Source: Anthoceros angustus
Lineage: Eukaryota > Plantae > Anthocerotophyta
Assembly (NCBI GenBank): GCA_010909165.1
Contig: VJWM01000025.1
Location: 2,294,001 to 2,358,000 of the forward strand
Direction of reading: 5' to 3'
Length of the DNA: 64,000 nucleotides
Part shown: positions 36,534-47,500 of the stretch, piece after piece
Layout: every line of letters begins with the position of its first letter
Position numbering within the stretch: the stretch's first letter is position 1
Notes under the pieces: generated by a model
What the model was told of the DNA's origin: nothing
What the model saw: the letters and a program-made list of their open reading frames with translations, nothing else
The model's database searches: none
Position numbers and translations under genes: made by a program

Positions 36534-37238
36534 ATGCCTGCATATCAAATCCTGATGAAATTCTTGGATGGCAAGACGCGGTGCTTGCAAATCCCTTGCA
36601 ACAATGTGACGGGCGGAAATTTAAAGTCTCGAATTCACATCCTTGTGGGGATTCCAATCGAGGAACAACGATTGGTGACAGGAACACGCGAGATCAGTGT
36701 TGGAGAGACTCTGGTGGCAGGGCTCGATGGAGTCTTTCCTTCATGCACTTTGTTGTTGCGGCTCAGGGGAGGAAAGGGAGGACTCCGTTCGTTGCTCCGA
36801 GCGGATGCAATCAAGGCGAAGCAGAAGATGAGCAACAACTTCAATGCATGCGAGGATTTAAGTGGCTGCCGACTACGTCATATTTATGCTGGGAAAAAGC
36901 TCAAGGAGTGGAAGGCTGAAGCGCAAGAGCGGAAGCTGGAGAAGACAGCGGAAGATTACTTGAAGAAGTTGCAAAAGGTGAAGAAAGAGGACTCACGGAT
37001 TGCAGAGGAAATGAATGTGATAAGAGAGAAGAGCGAGCAGGCCATGGAGTCGGTCGAGTTGGCCGTAAAGGCAGGATTAGCTGAAGCCAAGAAGCACTGG
37101 GAGAAGAAGGTGGAAGCTGTCAAGGTTGGAACCAAGAGACCGCGAGTATGGATTATGGAGGATAGTGATGAAGATGAGGATGATGACAGCGATGTTGAGG
37201 AGGAATATGTTCGTCCTACTCCGAAAATTGGATCATGA
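36534..37238 (+). CDS. SDE2: SDE2-like ubiquitin-fold protein, intronless, diverged and probably C-terminally truncated
   Basis: UBL domain ending LRLRGG|KGG, then SLLR..A.KA.QK..NNF.AC.D.SG.RLRH...KKL.EW.AE; several normally conserved residues substituted. Confidence 0.8.
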   Translation: MPAYQILMKFLDGKTRCLQIPCNNVTGGNLKSRIHILVGIPIEEQRLVTGTREISVGETLVAGLDGVFPSCTLLLRLRGGKGGLRSLLRADAIKAKQKMSNNFNACEDLSGCRLRHIYAGKKLKEWKAEAQERKLEKTAEDYLKKLQKVKKEDSRIAEEMNVIREKSEQAMESVELAVKAGLAEAKKHWEKKVEAVKVGTKRPRVWIMEDSDEDEDDDSDVEEEYVRPTPKIGS

Positions 37239-37322
37239 ATCATATTAAAAGTAATAGTCCTCTCTTTAAGGAGTGACATCCAAACATGAGTTCATTGGAA
37301 CTCTATAGTTAAGCGTCCTTAA

Positions 37323-37722
37323 GAGTACTGATGGGGGATGGGTCCTATCCATCCCCCATCAGTATGTGGATGGGGTGCTATCCATCCCCATCAGTACTTG
37401 GATGGGGTGCTATCCATCCCCATCAGTACTTGGATGGGGTGCTATCCATCCCCATCAGTACTCGGATGGGGTGCCACCATCCCCCAACTATAAACAATTA
37501 AGCGTTCGAAGTATAGCATCCTTGGGACGGATGAGTACTTGGATAGGGTGTTGCTCATCCCCAAGCTATCAACAGTCAGTGTCCTCGAAGGATCAGTACT
37601 TAGATGGGGTGCTATCCATCCCCATCAGTACTCGAATGGGGTGCCACCCATCCCCCAACTATAAACAATGAAGCGTCCGAAGTATAGCATCCTTGGGACG
37701 GATGAGTACTTGGATGGGGTGT
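37323..37722. repeat. Array of 32-bp palindromic units plus duplicated block
   Basis: Unit CAGTACTTGGATGGGGTGCTATCCATCCCCAT. First unit has a 16-bp perfect stem TACTGATGGGGGATGG/CCATCCCCCATCAGTA. A block of about 125 bp is repeated at about 37430 and about 37595. Confidence 0.9.
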
Positions 37723-37857
37723 TTTTATATATATTTCAAATATCTATAAAGTCTCCTAATTCACAAATAAAAAACATGCAGAGTGATATTGATGCAATAT
37801 TATGGCTACCATATTTTGTAGCATCAGATCGATTTTGAGGTTATTAGACCTTGACAT

Positions 37858-40800
37858 CTAGTTCCATTGTCGTTTGTAAGAGGGGAATAGGTACACTTGT
37901 TTGCTTAAATCTTTCAGCAAAGTATACAGTAATGCTTCCTTTTTGTGCCTCTTGTCTCGTACCAAGAATGTGTGCATCTCTTCCTCGTGCTCGATCCAGC
38001 TCCTGCCGGGCTGCTGCCAGGAAACAAATCTTCGCCTTAGGTCCTCCACTTCCTTTGTACACTCCCACAAGCCGGCATCAGCATAGATGTTCAACATGAG
38101 CACGTAAGCCGCAGCATGCTTTGGTTGTAAGGCCACTGCACCATCGAAGGCACGCCTTCCCAGCTCCACGTTACCATGTTTGCGGCAGGCAGCCAGCAGA
38201 CACATCCACACAGGCAGATCAGGTTGCATGGGCATTTGGACAAGCAATTCTGCAGCCTTGCTGAGCAGTCCTGCACGACCGACAAGATCAATCACACAAG
38301 CATAATGCTCCAAGTTGGCCGACAGGCCATGGTCGCGAGTCATGCTCTCAAAGAGCTGCAATCCTTCGTCCACCAAGCCAGCATGACTGCATGAACTGAG
38401 CAGTGCTAGAAATGTGACTGCATTTGGTTTCATGCCTGCGAGACACATTTCCTGGTAGCATTTTTTGCTGTTGTAACAGTCTCCCAGTCTTGCGTACCCA
38501 GCAATCAGTGCTGTCCAGGACACCACATCTGGCTGAGGCAGTGACTCGAACACGAGTTGTGCATCCACCATGCTCCCACATTTGCCATAGGCATGAATCA
38601 GGCTGTTTGCCACAGAAACTCTGCACTCATATCCAGCCTCTATGATAGTTTGGTGGGTGTGCACGCAGATGTCCAAGGCACCTGTGATGCTACAGGCTTC
38701 CAGGACAGCCACCAAAGTTGCCTCATCTGACTTCACACCGGCTGCTTGCATCTCAGCATAGAGTTGCAAGACCTTCTGTCCTTGGTCTTGCTGAACGTAG
38801 GCTCCCATCATGGCTGTCCATGAAACCACATCACGCAGCAACAAACTGTCAAAGACCAGTTCCGCATCCCCGAGGCTTCCGCACCTTGCATAGGTACTGA
38901 GCAGCACGCTACTGAGAAACGTGTCTGATGCAAGGCCAAGGCTTGCAGCTTTCGCGTGTATCACCTTGGCTTGCGTAAGTGCATCTACCTTCACAACTTG
39001 CCTGTCCACATAAGCACCTCTCTCAGAGTCTGCATTGGAGCCACATGCTTGGAGTGCACTGACAAATGTCCGAACATCCGGTTCCACCCCTTGCTCTTGC
39101 ATTTGTAAGTAGGTCTGCCAGGCCCTTGCTCCTTGGTTCTGCTCAGCATACGATGTTATCATCACATTCCATAATACCAGACGGCGTTGGCCCGTATCAT
39201 CAAAAACCTGTTCAGCATCCTTGATGCTCCCACACTTTGCATACATACTGACCAAGGAGCAACCAACAAATCCATCAGAATCAAAACCACTTTCAGTAGC
39301 TGCAGCATGTACTTTTCTACCTTTTTGCAGCGAATCCACCTTCACATTTTTCCCGTCCATTAGAACCCCTTCTTCCTCATCTGCTAGGCTGCAGCATGCT
39401 TGGAGGGCACTGACAAATGTCCATTCATTTGGACTTATCCAGCCTTCGTGTTGCATTTTCCAGAATAGCAGCAGAGCTTTCTCTCCATACGCCTGCTGAG
39501 CAAAGGCTGTAATCATCGCAGTCCATGACACAACATCTTTTTTGGGCAATTCATTGAACACCTGCCATGCATCATGGATGCTCCCACACTTTGCAAACGT
39601 GCTAACCAAAGTGTTTCCAACGAGGATGTCTGCCTGGAAACCCATTTCTGTTGCTCCGGCATGCACTCCCTTCCCCAGGTGTAGTGATGTAACCTTCACT
39701 TTTTGCCCATTCAGAAGAACACCTTCTTCACTCTCTGCCAGGGTGCCACATGCTTGGAGAGCACTGATAAAAGTTCGTGACTCCAGCCTCACCCCTTCCT
39801 CTTGCATCCGCTGATAAATTTGCAAAGCCTGTTCCCCTTGGCCCTGCTGAGCATATGCTGTAAGCATTGCGGTCCACGCTATCACCTGGTTTTTGGACAG
39901 AAGATGAAACACTTGCTGGGCATCGTTGACACTCCCACATTTTGCGTACATACTAACCAAAGTACCTGCGACAAACTCATCGGAGTGATACCCCATTCGG
40001 ATGGTTCCAGCATGTATTTCCTTCCCCTTCTGCAAAGCCTCCACCTTCAAATGTTGCCCATCCAGAAGCATACATTCCTCCTTTTCCGCAACGCTGCCAC
40101 AGGCTTGGAGGGCACTGACAAAGGTGCGCGAGTCTGGATCATGCCCTTCCTGTCGCATGCGCTCATATAATTGGAGAGCATCTTCTCCTCGGTCCTGCTG
40201 TCCATATGCTGCAAGCATTGCATTCCAGACCACCACATTGCGCTGGGACAATCCATCAAACACCTGCTGTGCATCCCCAATGCTCCGGCACTTTGCATAC
40301 ATGCTAACCAAAGTGCTGGCAACGAATATGTCTGATTCAAATCCATGTCTCACAGTGGCAGCATGAATCCGCTTGCCCTCCTCCAAATCTTCCAGCTTGC
40401 TACACGCTTTGATCAAGCTGACAAATGTGTAGTTGTTGGGCTCCACACCATCCTGTATCATCTGTTCGTAGCATGCAAGAGCCTCCCTGGGTCGTCCCAC
40501 GTTGCTGTAGCCCGAAATAACGGATGTCCATGACAGAACGGATCGGTGAGACAACCTTTGAAACACCTCAAAGCCGTCTGCAAAGCTCCCACAATTGACC
40601 AGAGAGGTCACCACAAGCTCCCCCAAAACTCTGTGGCACTCCAATCTATGCTTCTCCAGAATGGCATATACCTGCTTGGTCTCAGCAAGGGCCTTGTTTC
40701 TCATGCAGGCCTGTAGCAGCTTCTTGTACATGAGCACCGATGGCACTCTTCCCTGCTGGTCCATGCGGACCAACGCAACCAAAGCCTGGTCTAGCCATTC

Positions 40801-41006
40801 CTTGGTGCAGAACGTCTTAACACCCCTGTAGAGCTCACCAGTCAGCACTTCGCTACTCCAACAGCAACCGCATGAGCATAACCTCTAAGAGCCTACAGGC
40901 AGGCAGTGAGGAAATACCGTGTACTCGAGGTAGAAGTGGAACAAGGACTCTCCACCGGCACTTGCACCTTTACCCGCACATTCACACCAGCTTGCGTTAT
41001 CTTCAT
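37858..41006 (-). CDS. PLS-class PPR RNA-editing factor, E1/E2/E+ (PG box, no DYW)
   Basis: 996-codon open frame 40848-37858 of P-L-S triplets (VVSWTALIAGY, FVSALQAC, LVSMYAKCGS), WMCLLAACRKHGNVELG, QPGRSWIE; stops before DYW. Possible first exon MKITQAGVNVR 41006-40974 with intron 40973-40885 (tentative). Confidence 0.93.
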
Positions 41007-41118
41007 TCCCTAACCACAATACTTCTAAGATCGTTTCTCGGCTGATACAGCTACATCTCTGGAGTGGAAAGGAACGCGCAGATGGGTTAGGCCGAGACTT
41101 GCTTGATCCACACAATCC

Positions 41119-41342
41119 ATGAGCTGGAATGAATTCGGTTCTGTAAGGCTTCGGCTGCATCAGCATCTGCATGTTGTGTTGCATGCGCTGAATACCTTGA
41201 AAACGATGAGTCGAGAGTGCAAGCCACGCAGCTTGTTGGAAATCGTTTCAGTTGGATGTGCAGTTCGGTGGAACAGACGCTGTCTTATGCTTTTGGTTGC
41301 CTTGCAGGCTTCCTGACGGCTCGCTCCTGGAGAAAGCCAAAG
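41119..41342 (+). pseudogene. Intron-containing fragment copied from the ENR gene (source about 31090-31345)
   Basis: TGAATTCGGTTCTG(T/C)AAGGCT(T/C)CGGCTGCATCAGCATCTGCATG...GAGTCGAGAGTG...TTGCCTTGCAGGCTTCCT..CGG.TCGCTCCTGGAGA, collinear across intron-exon-intron-exon. Confidence 0.9.
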
Positions 41343-41528
41343 CCGATCATGCAATTTACAGAATGAGTTCTTTAAATCACTAGAATACAGTACATTACAA
41401 CAGGACTCTACATGAGAGTCGTCTGAAAAGCAGCTCAATGGCCTCGCAACACAAGCTGAAAAATTCATTTCAGAGGACCAACATTTGCCTCCACAAGCAC
41501 CAGGAACGTCACAGAGACAAGAGTGTCA

Positions 41529-44500
41529 TTAGTAATACGGGTTGGGTGGAGGATATCCGGGTTGTCCATAAGATAGCCTGCTTCCTCCATATCCAGGCTG
41601 TTGGTGCTGGTCCTGCTGCTGGCCTGCATAGGATTGGTGCCCTGTCCACCCATAACTAGGTTGCTGATGATGCACAGGGGCAGATGGTTGCAGTGTCCAC
41701 GAGTAACCGGGGGGTTGTTGGACATACCCCTGGTAAGGCTGTGCTTGCTGAGGGGTAGACGGCAGCCATGGAGAGGTTGGTCTGTAGCCTTGCCTCGGAG
41801 GACCAACCACATACGGATTACTGTGTGCTTGAGCCTGCTGAGGCACACCCACCTCCGCATACCCTGAGTGGGGAGCCTGAGCCTGTTCATACCATGGTGC
41901 TGACTGCGCCTGTGGCTGACTGTATACCGGAGGATATAATCCAGGCTTGCTGTGGGATGATGTCGAATGTTGTCCGTAGTCAGGAGTTTGTGGCCTTTGC
42001 TGCTTGGGATAGTCGGAGGTGTGAGGCCGCTGCTGGCCATACTGAGGATCCTGCACCTTATACTTGCCATAATCAGAGGAGGGGGCTGAGGCACCATGGC
42101 CAGAGTCGACACCACTATGTGATGCAGGAGGATAGAGTGGAGGAGCTCCAGCATATTCTGGTGTCCAAGAGGAACTTGATGATTGCTGCTTCCGCTTCTC
42201 ATCCTTGACATGATCACTGCCGTACACATTTCCCAAGCGAGTGTTACCATAGCTGTAGTGACTCCCACTACTGGCAGGGGATGCTCCCTCGTAGGATGGC
42301 CCTGTCAAACCACCGGATGAAGTTGAAGCACTGAAACTCGGGGGCTTGCTAGGCGGATATGCTGGTTGCACCACTGGACGAGGGGGAGGATAGGTCGAAT
42401 TGTCAGTGTCAGAATTCGACCCACTTTCACTCTGAGACAACGGAGACACAGGTGGGGGCGTTTGGGCAATGGCACCTGGATGGGCTGGGTAAGGAGGATA
42501 GGCAGCTGAGACACTAGAAGGGGGGTACACATTTTGCGGAGGGTAAGGACTGTGAGGAGGATAGACACTATGGGGAGGATAAACACTTCCAAATTGAGAA
42601 CTGTCTGAAGGATGCAGTTCATCAGAAGGGGCGGATGGTACACCAAATGTGGGATGCATGGTAGGAGGGTAAGCTGGTTCAGAAGCCGCCAGTTTGTCAT
42701 CCCTTTCCTCCTTGAGTCTGTCTGTCTTTCCTTTCAGAGCCTCTTCCCGACGAGATGCAAGGACTGGAGGATAGGCAAGATAGGGGCTGAAAGGTGTTGG
42801 ACCAGTTTGGTGTTGCAACCGAGCAGAGGAATCAAGGTGCGTAAGAGAAGGTTTCTCCACTTCTTCACTATGTCCCTTTCCTTCCTGGATCCAGGCCGAC
42901 ACAGGCTGATCAGCGTGCCTTTGAAGAGAGCTAGAGCTAGACATATTCACAGACACTGGAGCAGAAGCGTTGTAGGAGTCGTGAATATTTTCTTGAGCAT
43001 CTCTTGGAGGCTTCTGTTTCTGCTTAACTTCATCCGCCTGCGTCACGACATAGTTTGCCTTTGATTCATCGTCACTGAGGCGATCGTGAGCCTGGGGACG
43101 ATGCACCAACTGGGCAACGTTTGGAGATGGCTGGGCGGACGCTCGGAAAGATGAAGCAATGCTAGCAGAGGCAAAAACATGTTGCTCATCTCCGTGCAAC
43201 AATCTCCCCTGAAAGTCATCGGCTGGCTGGTTTGTCCCCTCCACATCCTCATTGGCTGCAAACTCCTCTCTCGATTCCTTCATACTCAGAGCGCTTCGAA
43301 AACTCTGCCTTCGTGATTGAGCAGTTCCACCAAGCACTAAAACATTAGGGTGCCCTGGGTTCACGTCCGGCGGCCTCTCCAGTTGACCCTCCGCCTGTTG
43401 CTCCTTACTTTCTAGCTTTTCAGCTGATTGATCAGCGTGGAAAGGAGAACTGTCAACACCACCATTCTGTTCTTGATCCTCTACGTCTAGGGTGGTCTTC
43501 CTGCTGTCAAAGTCATGAAGGCTTGGGAAGCGTTTAACACCCGGGGGGACAGCTGGAACATAAGAAAGTTTGGCCTCTCCGCCACGCTGATCGTCAGGAA
43601 GCACATGCCCATATGCATCTGTCACAACTTGGGGAGAAGGTTGACCAAGATCACCGTACCCATACACGTAAGTTCCAGAAGCAGTGGCATGTGATGTCCT
43701 GTCTGTGTTTTCCTGATCTTTCACCTTCTTCACTTTCCCACTTCCAGGAGGGTTAGGTGCATATCCATACGAATCTAGGGAAACTTGAGGTTCCACAGGA
43801 ATGGACACACCCTGTGAGGAAGCTCCATACAATTCACTAGGCTTGTCCTGAGAAGGATCAATAATTGCTGGAGCAGTATTGACGGAAACTGGAGCAGGTT
43901 GACCAAGATCACCGTACCCATACACATCAATTCCAGAAGCAGTGGTATCTGATGTCCTGTCTGTGTTTACCTGATCTTCAGCAGTTCCATCAAGTACTAA
44001 AATGTTAGGGGGCCGTCGGTTCCCATCCTGCAGCCTTGCTAATTGAACCTCTACCTGTTGCTCCTTGCTTTCCAGCCTTTCAGCTGATTGATCACCATAG
44101 AAAGGAGAACTGTCAGTACTACCAGTCTGGTCTTGATCCCCTATGTCTAGGGTGGTCTTCCTGTTATCAAAGTCATGAAGGCTAGGGAAGCGTTTAACCT
44201 CCGGAGGGGCTTCCAGAACGTAGGATAGTTTGGCCTCTCCACCACGCTGAGCGTCAGGAGGCACATCACCATATACACCTGTCACAACATGGGATGAAGG
44301 TTGACCAAGATCACCGTACCCATACACATCATTTCCAGAAGCAGCACCACCTGATGTAGTGCTTTTGTTCACCTTTTCTTTCACCTTCTCTTTCACAGGT
44401 CTTTCACTTCCAGGAGGTTTAGGTGCATATCCGTTATCATCTAGGGGAACTTGAGGTTCCCCAGGAATGGACACGCCCTGTGAGGAAGCTCTTAACAATT

Positions 44501-47500
44501 CACCAAGCTTGTCCAGAGAACCGAACCCATACACATCAATTCCAGAACCAACGGCCTCTGATGTTGTGCTTTTGTTCACCTTATCGTTCAACTTTTCCTT
44601 CTTTTCCTTCTCCTTCACAGGTCTCTCACTTCCAGCAGGGTTAGGTGCATATCCGTTATCATCTAGGGGAACTTGAGGTTCCCCAGGAATGGACACGCCC
44701 TGTGAGGAAGCTCTTAACAATTCACCAAGCTTGTCCAGAGAACCAAACCCATACACATCAATTCCAAGGGCAGCCGCCTTTGATGTTGTGCTGTTGTTCA
44801 CCTTATCGTTCATCTTCTCCTTCTCCTTCTTCTCCTTCACAGGTTTCTCACTTCCAGCAGGGTTAGGTGCATATCCGTTACCATCTTGGGGGACTTGAGG
44901 TTCCCCAGGAATGGACACGCGCTGTGAGGAAGCTCTTAACAATTCACCAAGCTTGTCCAGAGAACCGAACCCATACACATCAATTCCAGAAGCAGCCGCC
45001 TCTGATGTTGTGCTGTTGTTCACCTTATCTTTCATCTTCTCCCTCTCCTTCTCCTCCTTCACAGGTCTCTCACTTCCAGGAGGGTTAAGTGCATATCCGT
45101 ACTCATCTAGGGGAACTTGAGGTTCCCCAGGAATGGACACGCGCTGTGAGGAAGCTCTTAACAATTCACCAAGCTTGACCAGAGAACCGAACCCATACAC
45201 ATCAATTCCAGAAGCAGCCGCCTCTGATGTTGTGCTGTTGTTCGCCTTATTTTTAATCTTCTCCTTTTCCTTCTTCTCCTTCACAGGCCTATCACTTCGA
45301 GGAGGGTTAGGTGCATATCCGTACTCATCTAGGGAAATTTGAGGTTCCCCAGGAATGGACACGCCCTGTGAGGAAGCTCTTAACAATTCACCAAGCTTGA
45401 CCAGAGAACCGAACCCATACACATCAATTCCAGAAGCAGCCGCCTCTGATGTTGTGCTGTTGTTCGCCTTATTTTTAATCTTCTCCTTTTCCTTCTTCTC
45501 CTTCACAGGCCTATCACTTCGAGGAGGGTTAGGTGCATATCCGTACTCATCTAGGGAAATTTGAGGTTCCCCAGGAATGGACACGCCCTGTGAGGAAGCT
45601 CCATACAATTCACCAGGCTTGTCCAGAGAATCGAACCCATACACATCAATACCAGAAGCAGCCGCCTCTGATGTTGTGCTGTTGGTCACCTTATTTTTTA
45701 TCTTCTCCTTCTCCTTTTTCTGCTTCACAGATCTCTCACTTCGAGGAGGGTTAGGTGCATATCCGTACACGTCAATTCCAGAAGCAGCGGCACCCGATGT
45801 CGAGCTTATGATCACCTTATCTTCCACCTTCTCCGTCTTCTCCTTCATAGGTCTCTCACGTCCAAGAGGGTTAGGTGCACATCCGTACTCATCTAGGGAA
45901 GCTTGAGGTTCCCCAGGAATGGACACGCCCTGTGAGGAAGCTCCACAAAATTCACCAGGCTTGTCCAAAGAACCGAACCCATACACATCAATTCCAGAAG
46001 CAGCGACCTCGGATGTGGTTGTTTCGTTCACCTCATCTTTCATCTTCGCCTTCTTCTCTTTCACAGGCCTCGCACTTCCAGGAGGGTTAGGTGCATATCC
46101 GTACTCATCTAGAGAAACTTGAGGTTCCTCGGGAACTTGGGGCTCCCCAGGAATGGATACGCTCTGTGAGGAAGCGCCGTACAATTCACCAGGTTTGTCC
46201 AGGGAACCGAACCCATACAAATCAATTCCAGAAGCAACGGCATCTAATGTCATGCTCTTGTTCAGCTTATCTTTCACCTTCTCCTTCTTCTCCTTCACAG
46301 GTTTCCCACTGCCAGGAGGGTTAGGCACATATCCGTACTCATCTAGGCGAACTTCAGGATCCCCAGGAATGGAAACGCCCTGTGAGGAAACTCCATACAC
46401 TTCACCAGGCTTGTCCCGAGAGTACGCATACACATCAATTCCAGAAGCAGCGGCATCTGATGCTGTGTTTTTGTTCACCTGGACTTTCACCTTCTCCTTC
46501 ACAGGTTTCCCACTTCCAGGAGGGTTAGGGGCATGTCTAAACTCATCCAGGGACACTGGAGGTTCCCCAGGAATTGACACCCCCTGTGAGGAAGCATACA
46601 ATTCACCAGGCTTGTCCCAAGAACCGTACCCATACACATCAATTCCACAACCAGCAGCATCTGATGTCGTGTTTTTGTTGACCGTATCTTTCACCTTCTC
46701 CTTCTTCTCCTTCACAGGTTTCCCTCTTCCAGGAGGCTTAGGTACATATCCGGAAGCATCTAGGGAAACTTGACGTTCCAAAGGAATGGACACGACCTGT
46801 TCCTCCTCCCCTGCAGTCCCCTCTGAATCAGCCGGCAGATTGAACAAGCTTGTCGGCTGATCAATGACTGGATCTGTTGAGGCGACAAAAGGTGCATGTA
46901 CAGCAGTGCTGTACAGTCGACTGACATTAGGAAGACGACGACCCGCAACCTCTAAATCATCATCTTCTCTACCCTTCGCTGGGTCTGTATCCAGTTCAGC
47001 TTCTAGTTCTGCAAGCTCCCTTTCAATGTCAGCGTCATCATCTGAATCGCCTTTTCCATGCAGTGGCATCATAGGGCTTTCCGTTTCCCCCTCTGGACGG
47101 ACCTGAACCTCACTGCCGTGCCCCAGCACCTGAGCACCCGGTTCGAAGCCGTGTGCGGAAAAAGTGCCTTCTTTCCCAGCAGACTCCGACACCGACAAGA
47201 ACGAGCTCGGATGATCCCACCGGTCCGAGTAGTCTTCACCCTCAGGCAGCTTCTGACCTGCAAAAGGTCCAAATGGAAATCCCGAAGTAGGGGGATCGTA
47301 CCCACGAGGAGGAGACAGAGCTTCTGCTTGCCTTAATTCACCCGATTGGACAAAGCTCTGCCTAACACCCTGGCGGACAGGCGCTCTGCGTGGCACCATA
47401 CTACCAAACTTAAGAAGAGCAGGATCGAAGCTAAAGCGAGGACCCGGCACACTTTCTGGAGGCTCATTCCGTGTCCTCTTTCCTTCATCCACAAGAGGGG

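Noticed and set aside
37323-37722. CRISPR-like palindromic 32-bp repeats
   Set aside because: Units abut with no unique spacers, no cas genes are present, and the context is eukaryotic
41465-42268. 267-aa alternative-frame ORF overlapping the end of protein A
   Set aside because: Low-complexity off-frame reading with no independent support
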